The notes: generated from the sequence alone by a model not told the origin. A DNA stretch of 64,000 nucleotides from Chlamydiia bacterium (GCA_044359535.1 JBIKLZ010000003.1:21290-85289); one strand, 5' to 3'. Counted from the first letter of the stretch, positions 34,517 to 44,677 are shown. A program made the numbers and translations.

Positions 34517-37042
34517 TTAATCCTTAACAATGTTTTTTGAAATGCATTTAGCAAGTTGCATCATGTCTAAAGGTTCATTAGACCCAAAAAAGGCTGCCAT
34601 TAATGCGTCAGGGACAATCAAGCGCTTATTCTTTTCATCTTGAAGCTGGTGCTCTTTAATATAGATCCATAACTTTTTAGTGATTTCTCCACGACTCATC
34701 TCCTTTTCTCCCACAAGGGCTTTTAATGCAGCAGAGACTTTTAAAAATGGTGAGTTTCTTTTTGTCCCACCCCTTTTTGCCCCCCCTTTTTTCTCATAAG
34801 GGGTTTTTAAGTGGTCTTTATACTTTTCTTCCACCTCATCAATGCTATTGCCTATGACATTACAATCAGGGAAATTTGAACAGGAAAAAAACATCTTTCC
34901 AAATCTTGATTTCTTTTGGGTAAGAGTGCCATCACACCCTTTTGCCGGACAAGGGGGGAGATTTGTTGCAAACTCTTCCCCTTTCTTAGGGATGTTTACA
35001 ATGGTTTTACACTCAGGGTAACCAGTGCACCCTAAAAACAATCCAAAACGAGAGCTCCTTGTTTTCATCTCCTTACCACATTTAGGACATTTTTGATCCC
35101 AGTTAAAATCATCGGCATAGGGGGTTTTATCAAGGGCTTTTTCCTCTTCAATCGGGGCGCTATAGTCACACTCTGGGTACCCCGTACATCCATAAAAATA
35201 CTTATCGTTAGCAAAGATTTTATTTAATTTATGCTTGTTACATTTTGGACAGTCAATATCTGTGGGTATCCTTGGAATTTTAGCCTCTTTTTTTGCTAAT
35301 TCCACCTCTGGTTTAAATTTTTCCCAAAACTTTTGTAAAAATTTCTTCCAGTCTTTTTGATCCTCAGCAATTTCATCAAGGGTCCTTTCCATCTCTGCGG
35401 TGAATTCAATATCCATAATATCCTGGAAATTTTCTTCTAAGAGCTGACAAATAATCTTTCCTAAATCTGTCGGTATAAGAGCCCCTTTTTCTTTGACTGT
35501 ATAGGCTCTTGATTGGATTTTATTCATAATCGCTGCGTAAGTTGACGGTCTTCCAATTCCTGAGCGCTCTAATTCTTTTACTAAAGAGGCTTCTGTAAAT
35601 CTTCCTGGGGGCTTTGTAAAGCTTTTGGTCATTTCTGTCTTTTTTAAAGGGAGAATTTCCCCTACCTCTAATGGAGGGAGAATCACCTCAAGTTCAGAAG
35701 TTTCTTCATCAGTTTTTTCTTCATAGGCGGCTAAAAATCCTTTGAACTTGATGTTTGAGCCCGATAACCTCATCATCATTGTCTTTATCATCGTATCTTT
35801 ATGTCCTGAGGCTTGTGCGTCAATATCGACAGAAACAGTATCGTAGATAGCAGCCTTCATCTGTGAAGCAAAAAAACGCTTCCATATCAATGAGTAGAGT
35901 TTAAATTGATCTGGGTTTAGAAAATGCTTTATTTTATCTGGGGAGTTTTCAAAGTTTGTAGGACGAATCGCTTCATGGGCATCTTGAACAACTTTTTTTG
36001 ATCCATAGATCGGAGGCACTTCTGGTAGGTATTTATCGCCATAAAGTAGAGAAATATAGGGTCTACAAAGAGCAGTAGCTTCTTTTGAAACCCTTACAGA
36101 GTCTGTTCTCATATAGGTTATAAGACCTTCTGTCCCATCTCCCATATCAATCCCTTCATAAAGATTTTGTGCGACCATCATCGTTTTTTTAGACGAAAAA
36201 CTATGGTGTCTTGACGCCTCTTGTTGGAGGGTTGAAGTAATAAACGGGGGAGAGGGCTGCCTTTTACGTTCCTTTTTCTCAATTTTTGTAACAGTATACT
36301 TGCTATGGTCAAGGGCATCTTTCACACTTGTTGCAATACGTTCATTATCAATAATAAAGACATCTTTCTTATCAGATTCTTCTTTTTCTACCTTTTTCCC
36401 ATTTACCGTGTGAAGGGAGCAGACAAGGCAATCTTTGTCTTTAGTTAAATGGGCTGAAAGGTTCCAATATTCAATGGGGATAAAAGCTTCAATTTCCCTT
36501 TCTCTATCGACAACAATTTTAAGAGCAACCGATTGCACTCTTCCGGCAGAAAGGGTATGGGTAGATCTTCGAATTTTTTGGTGTAAAATAGGAGAAATTT
36601 TGTAGCCCACAATGCGATCTAAAAACCTTCGAGCCTGTTGAGCATCGACAAGATGCATATCAATTTCTCTTGGGTTTTTTATCGCATTTTTTACAGCTTC
36701 TTTTGTAATTTCATTAAAAGTAATCCTTTGATACTTTGTCCCTTTCGGAAGAATTTCAGCAATATGCCAAGCTATAGCTTCCCCCTCTCGATCAGGGTCG
36801 GGGGAAAGGTAGACCATCTCAACAGATTTGGCCGCTTTTTTTAAAGCTGTGACAACTTTACTCTTCCCCTCTAAAATTTCATATTCGGGCTCAAAATTAT
36901 TTTCTAGATCAATACCAAATTTATTCGGGGGCAGATCTCTGATATGACCGATAGAGGATTCAAAAAGATAATCAGAGCCTAGAAATTTTTGGAGTGTTTT
37001 AATCTTTGCTGGGGACTCTACAATAATTAAGGCTTTTTTCAT
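34517..37042 (-). CDS. topA: DNA topoisomerase I with C-terminal SWIB domain
   Basis: TOPRIM N-terminus ALIIVESPAKIKT and active-site region YMRTDSVRVS. There are three C4 zinc-finger modules: CPKC...CTGYPEC, CPKCG...CTGYPEC and CPAKGC...CSNFPDC. The C-terminal SWIB/MDM2 domain reads MSRGEITKKLWIYIKEHQLQDEKNKRLIVPDALMAAFFG. Confidence 0.95.
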   Translation of the reverse strand: MKKALIIVESPAKIKTLQKFLGSDYLFESSIGHIRDLPPNKFGIDLENNFEPEYEILEGKSKVVTALKKAAKSVEMVYLSPDPDREGEAIAWHIAEILPKGTKYQRITFNEITKEAVKNAIKNPREIDMHLVDAQQARRFLDRIVGYKISPILHQKIRRSTHTLSAGRVQSVALKIVVDREREIEAFIPIEYWNLSAHLTKDKDCLVCSLHTVNGKKVEKEESDKKDVFIIDNERIATSVKDALDHSKYTVTKIEKKERKRQPSPPFITSTLQQEASRHHSFSSKKTMMVAQNLYEGIDMGDGTEGLITYMRTDSVRVSKEATALCRPYISLLYGDKYLPEVPPIYGSKKVVQDAHEAIRPTNFENSPDKIKHFLNPDQFKLYSLIWKRFFASQMKAAIYDTVSVDIDAQASGHKDTMIKTMMMRLSGSNIKFKGFLAAYEEKTDEETSELEVILPPLEVGEILPLKKTEMTKSFTKPPGRFTEASLVKELERSGIGRPSTYAAIMNKIQSRAYTVKEKGALIPTDLGKIICQLLEENFQDIMDIEFTAEMERTLDEIAEDQKDWKKFLQKFWEKFKPEVELAKKEAKIPRIPTDIDCPKCNKHKLNKIFANDKYFYGCTGYPECDYSAPIEEEKALDKTPYADDFNWDQKCPKCGKEMKTRSSRFGLFLGCTGYPECKTIVNIPKKGEEFATNLPPCPAKGCDGTLTQKKSRFGKMFFSCSNFPDCNVIGNSIDEVEEKYKDHLKTPYEKKGGAKRGGTKRNSPFLKVSAALKALVGEKEMSRGEITKKLWIYIKEHQLQDEKNKRLIVPDALMAAFFGSNEPLDMMQLAKCISKNIVKD

Positions 37043-37086
37043 CTGCTATACTTTTTGTTGTTAAATTTCTATTACCAATTACTCTT

Positions 37087-37115
37087 TTATTAGGATATAA
37101 AAAAACCTGTTGCAA
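37087..37115 (-). promoter_or_regulatory. candidate promoter for topA
   Basis: On the minus strand: TTGCAA (37115-37110), 17-nt spacer, TAATAA (37092-37087). Consensus match only. Confidence 0.3.
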
Positions 37116-37179
37116 GAGCCTTTGTGTAGAGTAAGCATAGAGGGTAGAAGGGATTAATGACAAGAGAAGGTTTCATCAT

Positions 37180-37208
37180 TTGAAAATAAAGAATCGATCT
37201 TCTATAAT
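37180..37208 (+). promoter_or_regulatory. near-consensus sigma70/66-type promoter for the GT2 gene
   Basis: TTGAAA (37180-37185), 17-nt spacer, TATAAT (37203-37208), about 40 nt upstream of ATG 37250. Confidence 0.45.
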
Positions 37209-37249
37209 TTTTCTCCTTATTGAATCAAAGAAGGGGAGAGAAAATTGCA

Positions 37250-38068
37250 ATGAAAAGATCTTTTATCATGATGGGGGTACATCTTTTTGCTTTTGGATCT
37301 TTTAAAAATTTTGCTCCGAAAATCGCCGCTCCTCCCTATGAAAAAAAGATCGTTGTTACAGTCCCTTCATATAATAATGAAGAGTATTTTGAGAAAAATT
37401 TGGAATCGATCTTTTCTCAAAACTATAGCGCCTATAGAGTGATCTATATTGATGATGCATCTACAGACAATACCTTTGAAAAGGTAAGTGCCTTTATTAA
37501 AGAAAAGGGATTTGAGGATAAAGTTCTCTTAATACGCAATACTAAGAACAAAGGGGCGATGGCTAATCACTATACAATGGGACACTTAGCTGAAGATGAT
37601 GAAATCATAGTCACTGTTGATGGGGATGATTGGTTGCCCCATAATGAGGTTTTTACAAGGGTAAATCAAGCCTATCATGATGAAAATGTGTGGGTTACCT
37701 ATGGAACGGATGAGGCGTATCCGGTTCCAAGAGCTTCTCTTTCCCGTCCTATACCGCTATCCATAATAAAAGAAAAAAAGTATAGGGGAATGCGATTTTT
37801 ATGGACTCATCTAAGAACCTACTATGGATGGCTTTTTAAAAAAATTCCCTCTACTTCCTTTATTGATCCTTTAACAGGGAAATTTTACTCAACAGCATGT
37901 GATGTGGCTATTATGATCCATCTTTTTGATCTAGCTCAAGAGCATGTCTACATGATTCCAGAGGTCATTTATACTTATAACACGGGAAATAGACGAAGCG
38001 ATGGGTATGTAGATCCAAAAAATCAAGTGGCAACAGAAAAAAGAATTAAGGAAAGAACCCCTTTATAG
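37250..38068 (+). CDS. family-2 glycosyltransferase
   Basis: VVTVPSYNNEEYFEKNLESIFSQNYSAYRVIYIDDASTDNT and IIVTVDGDDWL (GT2 DD and DxD motifs). N-terminal hydrophobic segment. ATG 37250 is preceded by AAGGGGAGAG. Track start is TTG 37220. Confidence 0.8.
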   Translation: MKRSFIMMGVHLFAFGSFKNFAPKIAAPPYEKKIVVTVPSYNNEEYFEKNLESIFSQNYSAYRVIYIDDASTDNTFEKVSAFIKEKGFEDKVLLIRNTKNKGAMANHYTMGHLAEDDEIIVTVDGDDWLPHNEVFTRVNQAYHDENVWVTYGTDEAYPVPRASLSRPIPLSIIKEKKYRGMRFLWTHLRTYYGWLFKKIPSTSFIDPLTGKFYSTACDVAIMIHLFDLAQEHVYMIPEVIYTYNTGNRRSDGYVDPKNQVATEKRIKERTPL

Positions 38069-39256
38069 AGTTTCAATAGTAGCCTTAAAATCTGCGACTT
38101 GACTTTCAAACAACGCTTTTTTTGTCCTGCGGATGTCTTCTAGGCGATCAGAGGCCATAGAAAACATCCCTTCTACATAAGAAAGGTACTTTTCTCCTTG
38201 ATTTAGATTTTCCTCTGTACCTAATCCATCTGCATAGCAAAGCCCGAGCCACATTATCGATTTTTTCTTATACAATGAAAGTTCATGAAGTTCAGCTTCT
38301 GAATAGTGCTCTGCAACATTTTCAAAAAGATAGGTAAAAGCTTTTTTTAGGTTCTTATCGACACCTAAGCCATGATGGTACATTTTAAAAAGGGTGTACG
38401 CAAAATGCCCTTGGTTAGGTTCTTTATTAAAAGCAGCGATTGCTTTTGAATAGCATTTTTTTTGGTAGTAGTATTCCCCTACTTCTCCCCATAAATGATT
38501 TGAGTAGGGGGCATCTAATCTTTCTAAAGTTTTAAGAACTTTATCGATATTGAAAAATATGGGTAGTGGGACTCCTAAATAGATTTCAGCAAGGTGTTGT
38601 TTGCTCGTATTTCGAGTTTCTTTTGAGGTACTCGGATGTTCAATCACCTTATCAAGCAATTTTATAATATGGTTTACAATTTTTTCAGTAGGGTTTATCT
38701 TAAAAAGGAGTTGAGCTATTGAATATAGATCTTGAGGTGCGTAAAAATCGGTGCAATGGTCTATAGCTTTATTTATGTACTCAAGAGCTTTCCCCTGACT
38801 TTTTGGAATGAAAGTTATATTTCCTTCTGAAAAAGTTGGGTCTAAATAAAAGTTAGCAAGAATTAACAGGGATTGTAAACAACCAAGATCAGCTGCCTTT
38901 TCATAATAAGCTATTGCACGAGGATAATTTTCTTTTCCAAAACTAGAACAACTATAGATCTCACCTAAAGTGTTAAAAATAAGACTTTTATTTGAATCTA
39001 TTAATAAACTGTTAAGAGAAGTGATAATTGTCTCTACTTCTTTTATAAAGGGGGGCTTGCTTCTATGCACTTTTCCAACTAAACGCAGAACGTTAAGTCG
39101 TGATTGGAGAGCTTCAAACGTGTCCCAAAAATTTTGAGCTACCGCCTGAATTTTTGTGTCAGTGACAGGATCGGGAGAATGAACTCTTTTTTGATGTGGG
39201 GTTATTGGTGGAGTTGTTGGTGACGTGGCACCCGAACCTATGGAAGAACTAAACAT
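38063..39256 (-). CDS. Sel1-like repeat (SLR/TPR-like) protein, paralogue A
   Basis: SLR-type units: AIAYYEKAADLGCLQSLLILANFY, FKMYHHGLGVDKNLKKAFTYL and LCYADGLGTEENLNQGEKYL. Ser/Thr/Pro-rich N-terminus MFSSSIGSGATSPTTPPITP. Confidence 0.7.
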   Translation of the reverse strand: MFSSSIGSGATSPTTPPITPHQKRVHSPDPVTDTKIQAVAQNFWDTFEALQSRLNVLRLVGKVHRSKPPFIKEVETIITSLNSLLIDSNKSLIFNTLGEIYSCSSFGKENYPRAIAYYEKAADLGCLQSLLILANFYLDPTFSEGNITFIPKSQGKALEYINKAIDHCTDFYAPQDLYSIAQLLFKINPTEKIVNHIIKLLDKVIEHPSTSKETRNTSKQHLAEIYLGVPLPIFFNIDKVLKTLERLDAPYSNHLWGEVGEYYYQKKCYSKAIAAFNKEPNQGHFAYTLFKMYHHGLGVDKNLKKAFTYLFENVAEHYSEAELHELSLYKKKSIMWLGLCYADGLGTEENLNQGEKYLSYVEGMFSMASDRLEDIRRTKKALFESQVADFKATIETL

Positions 39257-40011
39257 TCACTCTCCTTTGTACATTTTAATTCCCATAATTTTTTTGTATC
39301 ATCCCCACTCATCGTAGTTAAAAGGGAGGTAGCTGCCTTAATATTTAAAAATGAGTTTCCATATATTCCTAAATAGATTTTAACAGCTTTTCTTTTGAAT
39401 GTATGTATGGCATCTTCAGGGGACTTAAGATGGCATAAGATTTTATGAATCAATTCTAAGCGAAGGGAGGTAACCTTTTCTGTCGCCTTGCATTGTTTAA
39501 GGAGATGATCTATTGTTAAAGAGTGTTTTAAATCAGGAGCTTTTTTATAATATTCTATTGCTTTATTGATACATTCAAAAGCTTTTTCAGAATCAGAAGA
39601 ATCTTCAGACAGAATGAATTGAGCAACATACAATAAAGCGGGGATGGAACCTTTATCCCTTGCAATCATAAAATATTTCTTTGATAAAGAGAGGTTTTCT
39701 TTTCCAAATGTTTTGGTCATATAAACTTTGCCTAAAGTATATGCCGCTTTTCCATCTTGTTCTAAGTTAGAAATAGTAGATAAAAGATGAATAGCAAAGT
39801 GTATTGTTATTTGAACATGAACATCATCTATTTGAGATGGATCAATAAGAGATACACTTTTAAGCATAGATTTTGCTATATTCAAAAAAGAGGATGCTTC
39901 TATGAATGTAACTCCTGTTCCTTTATTATATGTCGTTGAATAAGAGGTAAGGCGGGATAGTTTATCTGGAAAGGTAAAAGGGGGTGGGGATATTGATGGG
40001 GAAGATGACAT
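39238..40011 (-). CDS. Sel1-like repeat protein, paralogue B
   Basis: Collinear with paralogue A (TFGKEN, INKAIEYY, IYLG). Start is placed at ATG 40011 (MSSSPSISPPPFTF). Track start 40161 lies inside the upstream gene. The 3' end overlaps the start of paralogue A by 19 nt. Confidence 0.65.
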   Translation of the reverse strand: MSSSPSISPPPFTFPDKLSRLTSYSTTYNKGTGVTFIEASSFLNIAKSMLKSVSLIDPSQIDDVHVQITIHFAIHLLSTISNLEQDGKAAYTLGKVYMTKTFGKENLSLSKKYFMIARDKGSIPALLYVAQFILSEDSSDSEKAFECINKAIEYYKKAPDLKHSLTIDHLLKQCKATEKVTSLRLELIHKILCHLKSPEDAIHTFKRKAVKIYLGIYGNSFLNIKAATSLLTTMSGDDTKKLWELKCTKESECLVLP

Positions 40012-40081
40012 TTTATTCCTTTTTTTTAAAAAAATTTTAAAGAAAGGGTGAATACATGTCAATTTTTTTAGTAGTTTAGAT

Positions 40082-41320
40082 CTAATGTGGTTTAGAACAA
40101 TAAAAAAGATATTTTTTTCTGATCTCTTCAAAAAAACGGTGGTCTTTTTCTGAGGCTTCAATCAAACTATAGGCAGGAAAGCTCTCTTTAGAAAGGATAG
40201 AAAAATACTTTTCGCTCCCATTGACTTTGTTATACATCTCTTTATTTGAGATTTTTAAAGATGCAAGATGTTTGTTCATCTCTTTTGGATAAAGAGATTT
40301 AAGGAGCCCTAGGAGCATCAGACCTGTTTTTATCGGCTTATAAGAAGAGGTTTCAGTGATATGAATTTTAACCCCTTTACAGAGGGTGTTTTTCATCGCT
40401 CCAGAAAAAGGGGTGAAAAAACATGGGGTAAAAATCACCCCTGGGAGTTTTTGATTATTTAATGTATCAGAAAATTTTTTCGCATCTATCCAAGGGGCGG
40501 CAACCACCTTAAAAGGATAGGCTGTCCCGATGCCAATACTTACACATCCAAGCTCTCCAATTGCCCCTGTTGTGGCACAATAAAAGGGGGTGTCAGGTTC
40601 TGGGATATTTGGACTAGTTGGAATCCAAAGAAGATCTGTCTCTTTAAAAACGGCTCTATCCTCCCATCCTTCCATCAAAAAGCACTTAAGGTTACATCCA
40701 ATTTTATACTCTCTATTAAAAAGGAGGGCAAGTTCACAAATGGTTAAACTGTGGCAATAAGGGACGTTGATATAGCCGACAAAAGATCGAAACGATTCTT
40801 CTAACATAGGGCCATCAAAAGGGCAGTTTCCCATCGGATTTGGACGGTCAAGGACAACCATTTCGATATTAAATTTTGCTGCCTCTTCCATGCAGTAAAA
40901 CAAAGTGGAGGTATAGGTATAGGGCCTTATCCCAATGTCTTGAATGTCAAAAACCAACACATCAATCTCTTTTAACATCTCTTTTGTGGGCCGTCTTGTT
41001 TCCCCATAAAGACTGTAGATCGGTATTGAGCCGTTATAAAGAGTGTGGTCAATAGTTTTGCCTGCCTCGATATTTCCAAAAAAACCATGCTCAGGGGCAA
41101 AAATGGCTTTAATAGAAAGGGAGGACTCATCTAGCAAGCGGTCAATGGTTAACTTCCCTTCTTTAGAAACAGCTGTATGGTTTGAAATTAAACCTATCCG
41201 TTTATTGTGATAGTTTTTACTATTTTCTTTTGCAAGAAAGGTGTCAATCCCTAAAGTCACATTCCCTCCGCATAAAAAAGCGGGGAAAAAAATGAGAAAA
41301 ACCTTGAATCCCATAACCAT
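40082..41320 (-). CDS. DUF1343 / NamZ-like exo-beta-N-acetylmuramidase family protein, exported
   Basis: Signal-like N-terminus MVMGFKVFLIFFPAFLCGG. GLISNHTAV...IKAIFAPEHGFFG...IPIYSLYGETRRPT..ML..IDVLVFDIQDIGIRPYTYTSTL...VVLDRPNP is the DUF1343 signature layout. Confidence 0.75.
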   Translation of the reverse strand: MVMGFKVFLIFFPAFLCGGNVTLGIDTFLAKENSKNYHNKRIGLISNHTAVSKEGKLTIDRLLDESSLSIKAIFAPEHGFFGNIEAGKTIDHTLYNGSIPIYSLYGETRRPTKEMLKEIDVLVFDIQDIGIRPYTYTSTLFYCMEEAAKFNIEMVVLDRPNPMGNCPFDGPMLEESFRSFVGYINVPYCHSLTICELALLFNREYKIGCNLKCFLMEGWEDRAVFKETDLLWIPTSPNIPEPDTPFYCATTGAIGELGCVSIGIGTAYPFKVVAAPWIDAKKFSDTLNNQKLPGVIFTPCFFTPFSGAMKNTLCKGVKIHITETSSYKPIKTGLMLLGLLKSLYPKEMNKHLASLKISNKEMYNKVNGSEKYFSILSKESFPAYSLIEASEKDHRFFEEIRKKYLFYCSKPH

Positions 41321-41352
41321 ATCGCGTACCCTTTTTGCAAGGAAATCAAAGT

Positions 41353-43464
41353 ATGTCTGAAAAAATGTTATTAAACAAGAAACAACTTGAAGCTATTTAT
41401 CATATCGATGGACCTCTTGTAGTTATTGCCGGTGCCGGCTCTGGAAAAACCGCTGTTGTGGTTCAAAGAATTGCACACCTACTTGAAAATGGTGTTTTTC
41501 CTCATGAAATACTTGCCCTTACATTTACAAATAAAGCAGCTTCTGAATTAAGGGAAAGGTTGGAAAAAAGGGCTCTTACCCCTCCATTAACTGTAACGTT
41601 TCACGCCCTTGGAGTAAGAATTCTTCGTGAATCGATCCACCACTTTGGATATACCAATAACTTTTCAATCTTTGATCAATCGGATTCTGAGTCCCTTATC
41701 GGTGCAGTTATGGTCGAACTTACGGGGAAAAAGGAAAAAAAAGATGTTAAAGAGATGAAAAGTAACATTTCATCGGCTAAATCTAAACTGATATCACCAC
41801 AATCCCATTTTTCAAAAGAGTTATTCTTCGCTTCAGAAGGGGAAAGAGCCTTTTTTTTCCAGGTCTATGCCCTCTATCAGGAAAGATTAAAAGGGGCAAA
41901 TGCTGTAGATTTTGATGATTTGATTTCTCTTACTGTCCAAATTCTACAAGATAAGGAATTACATAGAATCTATGCCGATCGATGGAAGTATCTATTAGTC
42001 GATGAGTATCAAGATACAAACCATGCTCAATATCTTATTTGTAAAGCGTTATGCTCAAAACATAAAAATATTTTTGTTGTGGGGGATCCTGACCAGTCCA
42101 TTTATTCGTGGAGGGGGGCAAAAATCAGCAATATTTTACATTTTGAAAAGGATTTTCCAGGGGCACATGTAATAGCCCTTGAACAAAATTATCGAAGCAC
42201 ATCCCATATTTTATCTGCAGCTAACTATGTAATACAAAAAAATGACCGGCTGTATGAAAAGAATCTTTACAGTGAAAAAGGGGATGGGGAAAAGGTCTAT
42301 GTACACCCTTTTTCAAATGGATATGAAGAGAGTCGATTTGTTGTTCAAGAGATTAAAAAAGCCTTAAAAGAGGGGGTAGAACCACAAGAGATTGTGATTT
42401 TTTATCGAACCAATTCTCAGTCAAGGATGTTTGAAGATAGCCTTATAGAACAAAAAATTCCCTATCACATTATTGGGGGGCTCTCTTTTTATCAACGAAA
42501 GGAAATCAAAGATATATTAGCCTTTTTAAGGATGATTGTTGCTCCTTTTGATACAGTAAGTTTTTCACGCATCATCCATTTGCCTAAAAGGGGGTTGGGG
42601 CCAAAATCTATAGAAAAAATCATTTCAGCAAGCAGGGAGAGTCAAAAATCCATCATAGATATTTTAAGGGAGGCTCTTGCTGGTAAAGCATTGTTTAAAT
42701 TAACAACCACCGCTCTTGAAGGGTTGAAAGACTTTTTAAATGTGATGGATCGTATTCAAACAATTGCTATGGAGTCAAAATCCATTGCACACCTTATTAG
42801 GGAAGTCTATGCGCTTTCAAGGTACAGTGTTGTTTTATCAGAAGAAAAGGATTCAATGGGTGATCGACTTGAAAATATTGATGAATTGATTTCAAAAGCA
42901 GATGGCTATGATAAGGAGCATCAAGGCTCCCTTCAATCATTTTTAGAAGATGTCTGTTTAGACGGTCAAAAAACAAATAGTGAAGGAGATCAACATAGGA
43001 TTTCTTTGATGACTATCCATAATGCAAAGGGTTTGGAGTTTAGACTCTGCTTTATTGTGGGTTTAGAAGAGGATGTTTTCCCTCATATTCGGGCAAAAAA
43101 TCGCTATGAGGAGATTGAAGAAGAGCGAAGACTTTTTTATGTGGGGATGACACGGGCAAAAGAAAGGCTCTATATGACTTTTGCAAAAAGACGCTTTTTA
43201 TGGGGGACTGAAAAAATTCTTACCCCTTCAAGATTTTTAAAAGAACTCCCCAAAGAACATATTGCAGGCAATGAGATTTCTATAAAAAATGAGGTTTCTA
43301 TAGAGGCTCAAGATGGATCAAGGGTAAGCCATAGAACTTTTGGCAAAGGGTTTATTGTAAAAGTATATGAAACATCCTATGGGGTCACCTATGATGTTGT
43401 TTTTGATTCAGATCTTCAAACTCGGACCCTTGTGGCAAAGTATGCAAAATTAACAGTGCTATAA
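41353..43464 (+). CDS. uvrD: ATP-dependent DNA helicase UvrD/PcrA family
   Basis: Helicase motif I AGAGSGKT, LLVDEYQDTN (motif II), YRS, and TIHNAKGLEF...VGMTRA. Track start is TTG 41335; ATG at 41353. Confidence 0.9.
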   Translation: MSEKMLLNKKQLEAIYHIDGPLVVIAGAGSGKTAVVVQRIAHLLENGVFPHEILALTFTNKAASELRERLEKRALTPPLTVTFHALGVRILRESIHHFGYTNNFSIFDQSDSESLIGAVMVELTGKKEKKDVKEMKSNISSAKSKLISPQSHFSKELFFASEGERAFFFQVYALYQERLKGANAVDFDDLISLTVQILQDKELHRIYADRWKYLLVDEYQDTNHAQYLICKALCSKHKNIFVVGDPDQSIYSWRGAKISNILHFEKDFPGAHVIALEQNYRSTSHILSAANYVIQKNDRLYEKNLYSEKGDGEKVYVHPFSNGYEESRFVVQEIKKALKEGVEPQEIVIFYRTNSQSRMFEDSLIEQKIPYHIIGGLSFYQRKEIKDILAFLRMIVAPFDTVSFSRIIHLPKRGLGPKSIEKIISASRESQKSIIDILREALAGKALFKLTTTALEGLKDFLNVMDRIQTIAMESKSIAHLIREVYALSRYSVVLSEEKDSMGDRLENIDELISKADGYDKEHQGSLQSFLEDVCLDGQKTNSEGDQHRISLMTIHNAKGLEFRLCFIVGLEEDVFPHIRAKNRYEEIEEERRLFYVGMTRAKERLYMTFAKRRFLWGTEKILTPSRFLKELPKEHIAGNEISIKNEVSIEAQDGSRVSHRTFGKGFIVKVYETSYGVTYDVVFDSDLQTRTLVAKYAKLTVL

Positions 43465-43507
43465 AGATTTTCTTTACTCTTTCTTCATTTTTTATTATTA
43501 AGAAAAT

Positions 43508-44677
43508 ATGAAGATGTCACAAAAAACGGGCGTTTATGTAGAACAAAATCTCCTCCAAGGGTTTGATTTACATATGGTCCAACAGGTGCATACATTACCT
43601 GGCTCTTTATTTTCTGAATTTGTCCTTGAGTACTGCCGTTTTCATCGAGGGCTTAAGGCTAGGGCTTTTACTTTGTCAAAAGGAGGGGGGGATCAACTTG
43701 ACTATGTAAAAAAAGAGAGCTTATATGAGCATTTAGCGTTTCAAATTCAAGTGAGCTTTGATGCAAGCGAAAAAAAGGAAGCATTAGAGATTGCAGCAAG
43801 TTTAGATAAAAATGGCTTTTATGATGGTACAATCACCCCTGTTGTAGAAAAGATGTGGCACCTTGATCCTGTGGGTATTGCTACCCCATCTGTTCAAAAA
43901 TCACTTTTTGTTCAACTTAAGAATCTTAATCAAGAGCATCTTCTTGCCGCTAACATTTTAGAACATGGGTATAGATACTTTTTACATAAAGATCTAAAGA
44001 AAATTGCTCATATTGAAAAGGTCTCCATCGATGAGGTAGAAAAAGCGTTTAGTGTGATAAAAACCTTAAATCCTTTTCCAGGAAGGGTATTTCAAGAGTC
44101 TTATGTACACTACATCACCCCTGAAATGATCCTTTCATTTGATAAAAAGTGGAAACTAGAGTTTGTTAAGGAGTGTTACCCCACAGTTAGGATAGTCCAT
44201 AAAGGTTCCCCAAAAGAAATTGCAGATGCAAAAAGATTTATTCATCAACTCCATCAAAGGAAGAATCGATTAGAATGGATTGTTAGCATTATTGTAAAAG
44301 AGCAGGGCTCCTTTTTATTAGGGGAGGGAGAAAAGAAAAACCTAACACGAAAAAGGATTTTAGAGGGGCTTAATATTTCTGAAAGCACCCTATCAAGGAT
44401 TTTATCAGAAAAATATATCCAAACCCCCATGGGGCTTTTTCCTCTAGGCTATTTTTTTTCAAGGCCTACAGCAACGCCATTTGTAGATCAAAGTGTTGAA
44501 AATGCCAAAAAGATCCTTAAAAAATTGATTGATCAAGAAGATAAAAAAGCTCCATACCCTGATGAAATTCTTAAAACACTTCTTAGACATGAAGGAATTA
44601 TTTGTTCTCGAAGGACGATTGCAAAGTACAGGAAAGGATTAAATATTTCTGGGGCCTATCATCGAACTTGTAAATAA
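43508..44677 (+). CDS. rpoN: RNA polymerase sigma-54 factor
   Basis: C-terminal HTH and RpoN box ...ICSRRTIAKYRKGLNISGAYHR. Gln/Leu-rich region I. At 389 aa it is shorter than typical. The uvrD-rpoN adjacency is as I recall in C. trachomatis. Confidence 0.85.
   Translation: MKMSQKTGVYVEQNLLQGFDLHMVQQVHTLPGSLFSEFVLEYCRFHRGLKARAFTLSKGGGDQLDYVKKESLYEHLAFQIQVSFDASEKKEALEIAASLDKNGFYDGTITPVVEKMWHLDPVGIATPSVQKSLFVQLKNLNQEHLLAANILEHGYRYFLHKDLKKIAHIEKVSIDEVEKAFSVIKTLNPFPGRVFQESYVHYITPEMILSFDKKWKLEFVKECYPTVRIVHKGSPKEIADAKRFIHQLHQRKNRLEWIVSIIVKEQGSFLLGEGEKKNLTRKRILEGLNISESTLSRILSEKYIQTPMGLFPLGYFFSRPTATPFVDQSVENAKKILKKLIDQEDKKAPYPDEILKTLLRHEGIICSRRTIAKYRKGLNISGAYHRTCK

Noticed and set aside
2301-44677. 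Convergent gene pairs whose 3' ends overlap or abut. These are thrS/pGP6-like (TTAA), ispA/recA (35 nt), the PagL-like/NTT-like pair (0 nt), GT2/Sel1 (6 nt) and rpoN/GT2-like (19 nt). They were considered as antisense-regulation candidates.
   Set aside because: This is consistent with general genome compaction. There is no structure or conservation evidence available from the sequence alone.
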